Source: Ignavibacteria bacterium
GTDB taxonomy: Bacteria > Bacteroidota > Ignavibacteria > UBA10030 > SZUA-254
Length of the DNA stretch: 64,000 nt
Assembly (NCBI GenBank): GCA_016178625.1
Contig: JACOSX010000140.1
Coordinates: forward strand, 2,804-66,803
Reading direction: 5' to 3'
Shown one piece after another: positions 48,801 to 57,634 of this stretch. The translations under genes and the position numbers were made by a program. The first letter of the stretch is position 1; every line of letters begins with the position of its first letter. The notes below the pieces were generated by a model. It searched no databases, was not told where the DNA came from, and saw nothing but the letters and a program-made list of their open reading frames with translations.

Positions 48801-49342
48801 TCGCTGACATCGTTGTTGAAGTCCCACTCCTTAAGCCGTCCCTGGAACGACATTCCCTTTGCCAACGAATTTACTCCTGCGGCGATCATTGTGCCGGCGA
48901 CGTGTGTGGAGTGGAGATTCGATGTTCCTTGAGTCTGGAGGACGCGCGTGCCAAACTCTTGGTGTGTTGTAAGCACGGCACCGCCATCCCATTCACCGAC
49001 GGTATCGGTTGAACCGTTCAATGTATATCCGAACCCTCCGCCGGGCCAGACTTTATAGGTTGCGACGGTACGTGCAGCATCGAGATTGTTATCGGTTGCG
49101 TAGTATTGGGGGATGCCGTGCACAAAGCGCTGGAGCTCTGCGACCGAGCCATCTGAAGCTTCGACACGGATCGGCAAATGGTTTGCGACGGCGATCGATT
49201 CTGCGATGGCGCGCTCCGCCTGCCACTTGTTCGCTTGCCGGATTGAGAATTGTTTGAGCCACGATTGTGCTGAGACATCTGTCGCCATGAACGACACAGC
49301 GACGAGCGTGATGACTATATATGAGGACTGAGACGCACGCAT
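45848..49342 (-). CDS. S8-family (subtilisin-like) serine peptidase, 1164 aa, with T9SS C-terminal sorting domain
   Basis: Signal peptide. Catalytic-triad motifs 'HSTHVAGTMIAAG' and 'GTSMATPNVTGSVGLL'. Multiple beta-sandwich regions. C-terminal 'NYPNPFNPSTVIAYDL...GVYFYRLQ'. Confidence 0.85.
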   Translation of the reverse strand: MRASQSSYIVITLVAVSFMATDVSAQSWLKQFSIRQANKWQAERAIAESIAVANHLPIRVEASDGSVAELQRFVHGIPQYYATDNNLDAARTVATYKVWPGGGFGYTLNGSTDTVGEWDGGAVLTTHQEFGTRVLQTQGTSNLHSTHVAGTMIAAGVNSLAKGMSFQGRLKEWDFNNDVSEMASAAAAGLRTSNHSYGLITGWRFNFFADGRWTWFGDTTISGATDYRFGFYDDEAQTWDNIARNAPYYLMVKAAGNDRGEGPGTQPATHWIYNNNNPQLSSTIRDLDGSGTGYDCLNGASTAKNVLVVGAINAIPGGYTNPSSVVMSSFSSWGPTDDGRIKPDIVADGVNVTSSSTPNNNSYATLSGTSMATPNVTGSVGLLLQHQRNLHGSTLLRASTMRGLIIHTADEAGTNPGPDYVHGWGLMNTLRAVQLMSLDNTEGVGSHMRELTLNQGDTISMTVYSNATQPFRATICWSDPAGTPPTPSLNPSTMMVVNDLDLRIIKQSDQTIYNPWVLDPASPTTAATTGDNIRDNVEQVLIQSPTLGAYTVRITHKGILTSGPQIVSLLMSGNVPSLEARVRVSPTSSTFSINPGASAAESLTIFNDGYIAMTYSSSSGTPWLQITSGSGSVPIQSSSKIYYSLNAASLSQWTTYRDTITIASNDTAHSPTKVPITLNTLGPKIALSPPSFTLEADSGQTTRDSLKIRNTGTVALHFSVSGNDSALPAWISIDKDSSTIPVGDSTYVRITLDAISLSPGDYGVNLRVSNNDSSTGNVLVSVSFHVSNRRTLYTTLESGWNLISLAIDPTSSLKTDLFPTAISNAFGFNGTMYIVKDTLTPGAGYWLKFGSSQTIGFYGSPISQDSVDVLEGWNLVGSLTTPIATDVVSSNPGGIIASNFFGYNRGYVLADSIQPGKGFWVKVNQTGKLFFSTSSASLSKANTWHPPTDFNSLTVTDGRGNSQTLYFSNGESNDGNVSSFVLPPAPPTGSFDVRFASGTFFEELPREGIREYPILIQSPSSRVTVEWKIQIHDPHVYQIMDEAGRSILVNGAGSAILAVGNEHVKVVNLRVQEVRIPKDHVLHQNYPNPFNPSTVIAYDLPKKEYVTLKVFNILGNEVATLVDGTQDPGFKSVTLNAGTLPSGVYFYRLQTEKFSATKTFVLMR

Positions 49343-49502
49343 GAGCTCATCTCCATGATGATGAATGGTGGTGGATGGATTGATGACGGTGTAATCTACA
49401 GATTTGTTGAGAATCCTACAAGGGTTATTTCTGAAGAATGAATCTCTTTGATTCTCACCGAAAAATGTGTTATTTTGACTTCACAAATATTCAGAGAGAC
49501 GA

Positions 49503-50699
49503 ATGGCTGATCAAGATCAGGATCAAGAATACAACCAACCACCTCAGGAACGACCTTCTGGTAACCCTTCACCGCGACCTGAGCAAACGCCGCAGCTTCA
49601 AATAGAAAAGCCGCCAAGCGCCCCGCCAGGTCAGCCTCAGCCGCCACAGCAACAGCAGGTGCCGCAGCAGCAACAGGTTCAGCGGCAACGCGATCGTCGT
49701 AATCGTCCACCTCAACAACAGCGGCAGCGACATCAGGTTCGGCAACAAGGAGGGCCACAGCTCCGCGATGGTGGAGGGATATCCGTCGTGATTCCACTCT
49801 ATAATGAAGAGCAATCGCTCCGGGAGTTGTACGATCAGTTGCGCAACACGCTCAACCGCCACGGACGGTATGACATCATCTTTGTCGATGACGGCAGCAC
49901 CGATGGATCGATGCGTGTTCTTCATGAGCTGCGTCACCGCGACCGCCGGGTGAAGATCATCCGGTTCCGTCGCAACTATGGAAAATCTGCAGCGCTCTCT
50001 GTTGGCTTCCAACATGCCGACGGGGAATTCATCATCACGATGGATGCCGATCTACAAGACGATCCCGCAGAGATCCCGAGCCTCGTCAATGAAATTAAGA
50101 AAGGATACGACCTCGTCTCCGGTTGGAAGAGGAAGCGCCGCGATCCGCTCTCAAAAACAATACCATCACGGTTTTTTAACTTTGTCACATCTGTTCTCAC
50201 AGGCATCAGAATTCATGACTTCAACTGCGGACTGAAAGCCTATCGTAAAGAGGTCGCGAAGGAAGTGAAAATCTACGGCGAGTTGCATCGTTATATTCCT
50301 GTGCTCGCTCACTGGCTTGGGTACAAGATCGGTGAAATTCCGGTGCAACATCGCCCACGCAAGTATGGCAGGACAAAATTTGGCATCGGCAGATTCTGGA
50401 AAGGTTTCCTTGATTTGCTGACAGTTCTCTTCACGACGCGTTATATGCAGCGACCCCTTCATCTCTTCGGCTTCTGGGGATTATTGTTTGTGCTCGCTGG
50501 ATTTGGCATTGATCTCTATCTCGTTTTCCTCAAGATTTTTGAGGGGATGTCGCTTGGCAATCGTCCATTATTTGTCGGCGGAATTTTGTTGATCATCGTG
50601 GGGGTACAGTTCATCTCAGTCGGATTGCTTGGTGAATTGATCACAAAGACACGCCAGGCTGGTGACAAGGAGTATTCAATTCGGGAAATCTGGAAGTAA
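49503..50699 (+). CDS. GT2 polyprenol-phosphate glycosyltransferase (GtrB/CsbB/DPM-synthase-like) with 95-aa Pro/Gln-rich N-terminal extension and C-terminal TM helices
   Basis: 'ISVVIPLYNEEQSL..IIFVDDGSTDGS..DADLQDDP' GT2 motifs. N-terminal 'PPQERPSGNPSPRPEQTPQ..QPQPPQQQQVPQQQQVQRQRDRRNRPPQQQRQRHQ'. Four C-terminal TM helices. Confidence 0.8.
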   Translation: MADQDQDQEYNQPPQERPSGNPSPRPEQTPQLQIEKPPSAPPGQPQPPQQQQVPQQQQVQRQRDRRNRPPQQQRQRHQVRQQGGPQLRDGGGISVVIPLYNEEQSLRELYDQLRNTLNRHGRYDIIFVDDGSTDGSMRVLHELRHRDRRVKIIRFRRNYGKSAALSVGFQHADGEFIITMDADLQDDPAEIPSLVNEIKKGYDLVSGWKRKRRDPLSKTIPSRFFNFVTSVLTGIRIHDFNCGLKAYRKEVAKEVKIYGELHRYIPVLAHWLGYKIGEIPVQHRPRKYGRTKFGIGRFWKGFLDLLTVLFTTRYMQRPLHLFGFWGLLFVLAGFGIDLYLVFLKIFEGMSLGNRPLFVGGILLIIVGVQFISVGLLGELITKTRQAGDKEYSIREIWK

Positions 50700-50894
50700 G
50701 TTCGCGTCGATGAGAACGACTCCTTCCTTACTCCTTCTCTCTACCAAAGCGCAGTGGAGGGGAAACACAGAGCGGGGTATTCTCGCTCTGATGTGCGCGG
50801 TGGTATGCCCGTCAATCAGCCGGCTATATCTCACCACAGTGTATGTGAATGGTCTCGATTCAGGATATGGAATACGAATAATGTATCTCTTACC

Positions 50895-51992
50895 ATGAAC
50901 CTTACGATTAAAGATCTTAAATTCGATTGTCGTCATTTTCGCGGAGACATTCCCTGCAAGCCTCATAAACAGCATGGCGTTCATTGTATCGATGATCGAG
51001 GGAATGATTGTCAGTACTACGATCAGACCACGAAGAAAATTCTCATCATCAAGCTTGGCGCAATTGGGGATGTTATTCGCACGACTCCGCTTCTGCATAA
51101 GCTTAAGGAGGTGGAGCCGCACGCTGAAATTTGGTGGTTTACTCTTACACCCGATGTTATCCCGAAGTCGGTTGACGTCATCCTTCCTTATACACCGCAA
51201 AGTATGGCGACATTGCAGGCGATTACGTTCGATACACTCTACTGTCTCGATAAGGACAAGGAAGCATGCGCACTGAGCGTTTTGCTCTCGGCGCGAGTGA
51301 AGAAAGGATTTACGCTGGAAAATGGCAAGTGCGTTCCGATCGATGCCGATGGGAAGCATAAATATCTTACCGGTATATTCGATGACCTGAGCAAAACCAA
51401 CACAAAAAGCTATCAAGAAGAGATTTTTGAGATCTGTGGCTTCACATTTTCCAGTGAAGAATACATGATGCCCGATGTGAACGGATATACGTGGAAACTC
51501 CCACCCAGGAAGAACATCATCGGGTTGAATACAGGGTGTGGGGGCCGTTGGACTTCTCGTCTCTGGCCTGACAAATATTGGATTGCTCTTGCCAAGAAAC
51601 TAAAGAAGGCAGGATACGTTCCACTGCTGCTTGGTGGCGAGCAGGAACACAAGAAAAACCTCAAGCTTGCTCAGCAAAGTGGCGCGCTATACCTCGGACA
51701 TTTCCCGCTTCACCAGTTCTTGAGCGAAGTGAATCAATGTGACCTTGTGGTGACTGCCGTAACGATGGCGATGCACTTCACGATCGGTTTGAAAAAGAAG
51801 ATTGTCCTCTTCAACAATATTTTTAACAAGCACGAGTTTGAGTTGTATGACCGCGGCACAATCCTCGAGCCGGATTTTGAATGTGGTTGCTTCTACTCAC
51901 CAACATGCCCGAACAATTGCATGCAGTACCTATCGGTCGAACGAGTGTTCGATGCTTGTCGACAGCTGCTGCCTGTGAAAAAAATGAAGTGA
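50895..51992 (+). CDS. GT9-family glycosyltransferase (heptosyltransferase-like) with extra Cys-rich segments
   Basis: 'LIIKLGAIGDVIRTTPLL' GT9 signature. 'LNTGCGGRW'. N-terminal 'CRHFRGDIPCKPHKQHGVHCIDDRGNDC' and C-terminal 'CGCFYSPTCPNNC'. The track ORF begins at 50754. Confidence 0.7.
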   Translation: MNLTIKDLKFDCRHFRGDIPCKPHKQHGVHCIDDRGNDCQYYDQTTKKILIIKLGAIGDVIRTTPLLHKLKEVEPHAEIWWFTLTPDVIPKSVDVILPYTPQSMATLQAITFDTLYCLDKDKEACALSVLLSARVKKGFTLENGKCVPIDADGKHKYLTGIFDDLSKTNTKSYQEEIFEICGFTFSSEEYMMPDVNGYTWKLPPRKNIIGLNTGCGGRWTSRLWPDKYWIALAKKLKKAGYVPLLLGGEQEHKKNLKLAQQSGALYLGHFPLHQFLSEVNQCDLVVTAVTMAMHFTIGLKKKIVLFNNIFNKHEFELYDRGTILEPDFECGCFYSPTCPNNCMQYLSVERVFDACRQLLPVKKMK

Positions 51993-52007
51993 GTCTGCGT
52001 GGTGACG

Positions 52008-54311
52008 ATGAAGAAAAGTTCTTCCGCGGCGCAGCCTTCTACCTCGCTCCCTGAAATTAAAGATTGGCAGGCTGTCCTTGCCATCACCGTTCTGGTTGCA
52101 ATTTTTTTTCGGGACATCCTTTTCCAAAAAGCTTTTTTCTGGGAAGATTTCCTCTATCAGTTTTATCCCTTCCGCTTTTTTGCTGCCGTATCGATGGCAG
52201 GTGGGGAGATGCCGTTGTGGAATCCATATACATTCTGCGGAATGCCGTTTCAAGCTGACATCCAATCTGCCCTCTTCTACCTTCCGAATCTCCTTCTAAC
52301 GCTTTTTGTATCGAACGGCAGTCTTCACTTTTACTGGGTTGAGCTGCTTATCATTGTCCACTACGTGATTGCAGGTGTGTGCATGTATTTTCTCGCGAAG
52401 GAATTTGGCATGCGTCGTATGGTGGCGCCCTTCAGCGGGTTGATATACGCGTTGTCCGGCTTTATGATTACGCATGCGATCCATCAAGTCGTCATTTGTC
52501 AGGTCGCATGGCTGCCGCTCATCATTCTGTTGTTCAGAAGAATGGTGGTTCGTCGGTCTGTCCTGCAGATGATTCTCGCAGGGCTTGTCCTTGGCCATGC
52601 GGTACTGGCGGGGTTTCCTCAGCTCTCACTGTATATTTTCTTTTTCCTTTTACTCTTCTTCTTGTTTGAGTTTTTTACGTGCGCAAAAGAACGTGGTTTT
52701 GTTTCGGCGCTTCCACTGGCACCGCTCGCCGCCGGTGTCGTTATCGTTGCGCTTGGTCTGGCGGCGATTCAACTTCTTCCAACAATCGAACTTGCGCCAC
52801 AGTCGCAACGCGCAGAGATCACGTATCAAAAATCTCTCGAAGGAATGCTCAGCTGGGAACAGCTTATCACTGTTATTGTCCCGAAATATTTCGGCTTAAG
52901 CGGCGCTCAAGGTTCAACCTATTGGGGACCCGGCGGGTATTGGGCATATTGGGAAACATGTTTCTATATCGGTATCCCCGCCCTTCTGTGCGTCATCGTC
53001 GCTGCATTCATGATCAGACAAAACCGAAACGTAGCGTTCCTCTTTGGGATAGTCTCATTCGCCCTGCTCTACGCTCTCGGAGATCATTTCATTCTCCATA
53101 AATTCTTCTTCAACGTTGTACCTGGTTTTGGGAAGTTCCGAGACGTCGGACGCATGACATTGCTCTCGACCTTCGCAGGGGCACTGCTTGCAGGGTTCGG
53201 GTTACAATGGTTGTTAGATGCAGTTGGTATTCGTCTCCGAAAACTTCAGAGGGTCGCTGCCACGATTGCAATTGGTGGGATTGGAGTGTGGCTCCTTGCG
53301 CAAGGAGGTTTATTCCAACCATCCACCAGCCCAAAGCTGTATCAGCAGGTTCATCAGATTGTTACCGGTGAAACAACAACAGCGTTACTACTTATTCTCT
53401 TCACGGGCGCTGTGCTCCTGTTATTCTCGAGAAACAAGATTTCCGGAATGGTGTTAGTGATCGCTCTGGGTGGATTGCAATTTGTTGATATGAACATCTT
53501 TGGGTTCAGCCAGAACAACGGCGAAACGAATCCTCGTGATTATTATCTTCAAACTGCACAAACGGTTGGGATGCTGAAGCAGGATGGCTTGCGCGAATTG
53601 TTCCGCGTGAATGCGCGCCAGGGTGGAGCAATGGTATTGGATCGGAATCAAGGGATGGTTGATCAGATCTTCATGTTAGAAGGATACACACCTCTTGCCC
53701 TTCAACGATCCTACCCTCCAGCAAAAGATTGGGATAAGATGTGTGACTTACTCAATGCAAAATATCGCATCTCCATTGATCGCCAACATCGCTCAATGCA
53801 ACTTGTGACATCCTCAACGCATTTGCCCCGAGCGTTTCTCGTTTACCGCGATACAATCATGTTGATCGAGAAAGAGGAGAAGGCATACATGGAAAGCGAC
53901 GCGTTCAATCCTGCACAGGAGGTAGTGCTCGAGGAAGACCCACACTGGACAGCTGAAGACAGGGGGGACTCAACGTCTCCATCGACGTTCTTCACATCGT
54001 ATCGTCTCAATAGCATGTCTCTTACCGTTATAACACCGCGTAATGGATTCCTTGTTCTCAGTGAAATCTATTATCCCGGCTGGAGTGCATATGTCGATGG
54101 TTCTTCCCGTCGGATCTATCGGGCTGACTGGAGTTTACGCGCGATCCCTCTCGAAAAGGGATCTCACCAAGTCGAACTTCGCTTCGAGCCCGAAAGCTAT
54201 CGACGAGGAAGTTGGATTACCATTGCCACTATTGGCTTCTCGATTATCGGAATTGTATATTTCACCCGGAAAAAGAATCGCGGCGGCCAGACGATAAATA
54301 TGCGTTCATGA
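52008..54311 (+). CDS. YfhO-like polytopic membrane protein (GT-C-fold glycosyltransferase candidate)
   Basis: About 770 aa. More than 12 TM helices in the N-terminal 480 aa, then a large extracytoplasmic C-terminal domain and a final TM. Matches the bacterial YfhO arrangement. Confidence 0.6.
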   Translation: MKKSSSAAQPSTSLPEIKDWQAVLAITVLVAIFFRDILFQKAFFWEDFLYQFYPFRFFAAVSMAGGEMPLWNPYTFCGMPFQADIQSALFYLPNLLLTLFVSNGSLHFYWVELLIIVHYVIAGVCMYFLAKEFGMRRMVAPFSGLIYALSGFMITHAIHQVVICQVAWLPLIILLFRRMVVRRSVLQMILAGLVLGHAVLAGFPQLSLYIFFFLLLFFLFEFFTCAKERGFVSALPLAPLAAGVVIVALGLAAIQLLPTIELAPQSQRAEITYQKSLEGMLSWEQLITVIVPKYFGLSGAQGSTYWGPGGYWAYWETCFYIGIPALLCVIVAAFMIRQNRNVAFLFGIVSFALLYALGDHFILHKFFFNVVPGFGKFRDVGRMTLLSTFAGALLAGFGLQWLLDAVGIRLRKLQRVAATIAIGGIGVWLLAQGGLFQPSTSPKLYQQVHQIVTGETTTALLLILFTGAVLLLFSRNKISGMVLVIALGGLQFVDMNIFGFSQNNGETNPRDYYLQTAQTVGMLKQDGLRELFRVNARQGGAMVLDRNQGMVDQIFMLEGYTPLALQRSYPPAKDWDKMCDLLNAKYRISIDRQHRSMQLVTSSTHLPRAFLVYRDTIMLIEKEEKAYMESDAFNPAQEVVLEEDPHWTAEDRGDSTSPSTFFTSYRLNSMSLTVITPRNGFLVLSEIYYPGWSAYVDGSSRRIYRADWSLRAIPLEKGSHQVELRFEPESYRRGSWITIATIGFSIIGIVYFTRKKNRGGQTINMRS

Positions 54312-55228
54312 CATACTCAATCATCATACCGATTTACAATGAGGAGGATATACTGCCTGAACTTCATCGACGGTTAACCTCTGTGCTTGACTCGCTTGGC
54401 GAGTCATCGGAGGTGATTCTCATCGATGACGGGAGTGCCGACCACTCATACGACGCAATGAACGAAATCCATCGGAAGGATCAACGATTTAAAGTTTTGC
54501 GTCTCTCGCGAAATTTTGGCCATCAGGTCGCAATCACAGCGGGACTGGATTATGCGACAGGGGAGGCAGTGATCCTAATGGATGGCGACTTGCAGGATCC
54601 CCCCGAACTGCTGGCGGAAATGACTGCACAGTGGAAGGCAGGATATCAAGTGGTCTATACTGTCAAACGCAGCCGCAAAGAAAATGCTTTGAAGCGCTTC
54701 GCGTTTGCTTCATTCTATCGGTTGATGCACACTTTTTCTTCCATCTCTATACCGATGGAGGCGGGAAATTTCTCATTGCTCGACAAGCGGGTCGTCGACG
54801 TGTTGCGGAACATGCCTGAACGCAACAGGTATATCAGCGGTATGCGCGCATGGGCGGGTTTCACTCAGGTCGGGGTGGAGTTTCACCGCGATGCTCGATA
54901 TTCGGGAATGCCGAAAATGACGTTGAAACGTCTCATCAACCTCGCGCTTGATGGTTTGATCTCGTTTTCCAACGCACCGCTCCGATTAGCGATCTACATC
55001 GGTGTAGTAGTAGCAGGGTTTTCGTTTCTCGGTGCGGCATATGTCATCTATGAAAAGCTCTTCACCCATCAAGCGATTCTTGGTTGGACGTCTACAATTG
55101 TTGCTATCACGTTCATCGGCGGCATGATTCTCCTTACCCTCGGCGTCATTGGAGAGTATATCGGACGCATTTATGATGAAGTCAAACACCGACCCATCTA
55201 TATTGTCAAAGATAAGATTGGTTTGTGA
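54308..55228 (+). CDS. GT2 polyprenol-phosphate glycosyltransferase (GtrB/CsbB-like), translationally coupled to YfhO-like gene
   Basis: ATGA overlap. 'YSIIIPIYNEEDIL..ILIDDGSADHS..DGDLQDPPE' GT2 motifs. Two C-terminal TM helices. Confidence 0.8.
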   Translation: MTYSIIIPIYNEEDILPELHRRLTSVLDSLGESSEVILIDDGSADHSYDAMNEIHRKDQRFKVLRLSRNFGHQVAITAGLDYATGEAVILMDGDLQDPPELLAEMTAQWKAGYQVVYTVKRSRKENALKRFAFASFYRLMHTFSSISIPMEAGNFSLLDKRVVDVLRNMPERNRYISGMRAWAGFTQVGVEFHRDARYSGMPKMTLKRLINLALDGLISFSNAPLRLAIYIGVVVAGFSFLGAAYVIYEKLFTHQAILGWTSTIVAITFIGGMILLTLGVIGEYIGRIYDEVKHRPIYIVKDKIGL

Positions 55229-55292
55229 TCGGCTATATAACACTTGTGTCGTGGATCTACTGTAACATGTTTCCTCGCGACAGTCTCACCCT

Positions 55293-55700
55293 TTGCCTTC
55301 TTTCTTCATGCGAATCTTGAACATATTTATTCTCTCGGTAATCATCATCCTTGGCGCATTGAATAAAGCAGAAGGACAAGCTCAGCAGTCGAATGCAAGT
55401 TTCCAGCCGTTGCCGGGAACAACATTCCGGTGGCGACTGCTAGGGTTTGATGAGGAGAAAAAAAAGTATCAGGTCGAAATGGTTTTCCTTAATACGACTG
55501 ATTCAATCTTTGTTTTCAACTATGTCATCGGAACAAATAGAGCGGAAGAACTGCTTGGCAGGGTTACCCTACGGCCGCGGGGACAAAGCATGTTCGGTTG
55601 GTTATTTAGCGGGAATCGCATTACGAATATAGGAGCTACTATGGTTGATATTCAAGCCCCACCGAAAAAACTGCAGCGGTCTGAACCTATGCAACAATAA
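55293..55700 (+). CDS. Small secreted hypothetical protein
   Basis: Signal peptide (ILNIFILSVIIILGALNKAEG). 135 aa with no motif. Lies inside the glycosylation cluster. Confidence 0.4.
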   Translation: MPSFFMRILNIFILSVIIILGALNKAEGQAQQSNASFQPLPGTTFRWRLLGFDEEKKKYQVEMVFLNTTDSIFVFNYVIGTNRAEELLGRVTLRPRGQSMFGWLFSGNRITNIGATMVDIQAPPKKLQRSEPMQQ

Positions 55701-55714
55701 CTGCCGGTCCTCTT

Positions 55715-57619
55715 GTGGAAAGCGTAAACGAACAATTTTCTCATCAGCTTCATCGTTCTGTTCTGATCTTCCTTGGAGTTGTCATCGCCCTCTACGGGAT
55801 CAGTTCGTTTTTTCCCAATTCATTCCTATGGGGTGTTAATCATCTCGCTTTTCTTTCCCCGGTTCATCGGCTCATCATGCTCACTGCCGCGATTACACTC
55901 GGTGTGCTACCGATCTCCAGGCGCTATCTCGGTGCACTGGATCGTTGGCTAAGCTCTCGGTCTCTGACGAGAATGGAAGTGTATATTGTTCTCTTCGTCA
56001 TTGGGGTGATAGGGACTTTCATCTGTTACCGCTTCAGGATTATCACTGATTTGTATGGCGATTCACGAACTCTCTTGTCGTTATTATCGGGAAAAGTATA
56101 CGCAATTCCAGATTTGTTCAATCCGAAAGATACTGAGCCGTTGACGCGGTACATCCACCAAATGGCGGCGAACGTATTTCACATTGATCAGAAGGTAGCG
56201 TACGAGATCATCAGTGCCATCGGGGGAGGACTTTTTCTTCTCTTCTACCTCCTCTTTGTTCTCCGGCTTGAAGGATCTGTCTCGTGGAAAATACTTCTGG
56301 TGATCCTTGGTCTGAGCGGTGGAGCGAATCAGCTCTTCTTCGGTCATGTAGAAGACTATACCTTGGTGTACGTATGTTCCATCCTTTTCCTCATTGCGGG
56401 ATGGCAGTTATTTGAGGGGAATGCAACACTTGGGACGATGATTGTCCTGTTCGTAGTTGGTGTTCGGCTTCATGTACAGATGGTGCTGCTCGCACCAGCC
56501 CTACTGTATGCTGTGTTGCATCACCGACGTAGGTTATCTCCGAAGTTCGAACGGTGGATCGAACCGAAGAGGCTGTTTGCTGGCGTCGCCCTTTCGGTGG
56601 TTTGTGCAACGCTTGCATATTTTTTCTATTTCCATGCCGACCGGTATCTTGTGAACGATCAGGCGGAACGTTTTCAGAAAGTGTTCTTGCCACTTGTGAA
56701 CCCCCTGCCGCCGCCACATTACTACACACTGTTTTCCATCGGGCACTTGTCGGATGTGGCACAAGAATTCTTGCTGACCGTTTCTCCTGTGGCGATCATG
56801 GTGTTGTGGCTTGTAATAAAATTTTACCGCCGGGTCGACTGGCGGCAACCTCGCATCATGTTCTTCGGACTTGCCGTTTTCTATTTCCAACTATTTAACC
56901 TGACGGTCAATCCTTTGTTGACCATGGAGCGAGATTGGGATATGCTATCCCTCGCAGCTGCGCCAGCGATGTTCCTCGCAATAGCACTCTCGCACCAACT
57001 GTTTGAGAAGAAGCTTTCGTCGGCAGAATGGGCAACCACTACCGGCGTTGCGTTGGCAGGCGCCGTGTTATCCTGCACTATTTTCTATCTCAACACAACT
57101 GAACAATGTGTCGGTAGTCGTTTTCTGGGAATAGGAAAATGGGCATTCAGAAGTTATTACCAGGGGTCTTCCTATCTCATCAATGTCGGAGAAGGGATGA
57201 TTTCGGATAAAGATGAACAAATTGCGCGGGGTGATAAGACGATTCGAGAGTTATTGCCGGATGCGTCTATGCCAGACTTCGAGCTTGCAAATCTTTATCA
57301 CAAAATGGGCAATCTTCTTTATGCCCGGAAGCAGTTCATCCGAGCGAGCTATTATTATGGCAAAGGGCTTGATAATGATCAGAGCAGTGCCACGGCAACC
57401 AAGGCGATTGTGAGAATTGCACTGCAGTTGCGGCAATTCGATGACGCGTCACGCATCATCTCCTATTATAATGAGAGTGCTAATCAACCGACTGTTATTG
57501 ATTTCGATGGTCTCGCGTTGGCGCAGCGATGTAACTACTTCCGATATTTGCAATCGATCGGCACAGATTCCGCTTCAATCCAGAAGGAACTTGATCATTT
57601 CTACGAAACTGGACAATAA
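55715..57619 (+). CDS. Polytopic membrane protein with C-terminal TPR repeats (PMT/ArnT-like GT-C-fold candidate)
   Basis: GTG start. About 12 TM helices over ~450 aa. C-terminal TPR-like 'LANLYHKMGNLLYARKQFIRASYYYGKGL'. Confidence 0.5.
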   Translation: MESVNEQFSHQLHRSVLIFLGVVIALYGISSFFPNSFLWGVNHLAFLSPVHRLIMLTAAITLGVLPISRRYLGALDRWLSSRSLTRMEVYIVLFVIGVIGTFICYRFRIITDLYGDSRTLLSLLSGKVYAIPDLFNPKDTEPLTRYIHQMAANVFHIDQKVAYEIISAIGGGLFLLFYLLFVLRLEGSVSWKILLVILGLSGGANQLFFGHVEDYTLVYVCSILFLIAGWQLFEGNATLGTMIVLFVVGVRLHVQMVLLAPALLYAVLHHRRRLSPKFERWIEPKRLFAGVALSVVCATLAYFFYFHADRYLVNDQAERFQKVFLPLVNPLPPPHYYTLFSIGHLSDVAQEFLLTVSPVAIMVLWLVIKFYRRVDWRQPRIMFFGLAVFYFQLFNLTVNPLLTMERDWDMLSLAAAPAMFLAIALSHQLFEKKLSSAEWATTTGVALAGAVLSCTIFYLNTTEQCVGSRFLGIGKWAFRSYYQGSSYLINVGEGMISDKDEQIARGDKTIRELLPDASMPDFELANLYHKMGNLLYARKQFIRASYYYGKGLDNDQSSATATKAIVRIALQLRQFDDASRIISYYNESANQPTVIDFDGLALAQRCNYFRYLQSIGTDSASIQKELDHFYETGQ

Positions 57620-57634
57620 CATTCCAGGGTTTGT

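Noticed and set aside
3449-51416. Numerous antisense or overlapping ORFs (for example 3449..4144-, 4646..5461-, 9943..10596-, 14919..15545-, 18527..19234-, 44616..45155-, 49569..50015-, 50676..51416-)
   Set aside because: Each is fully embedded opposite a motif-supported gene and has no domain signature of its own. These are typical shadows in DNA of about 50% GC.
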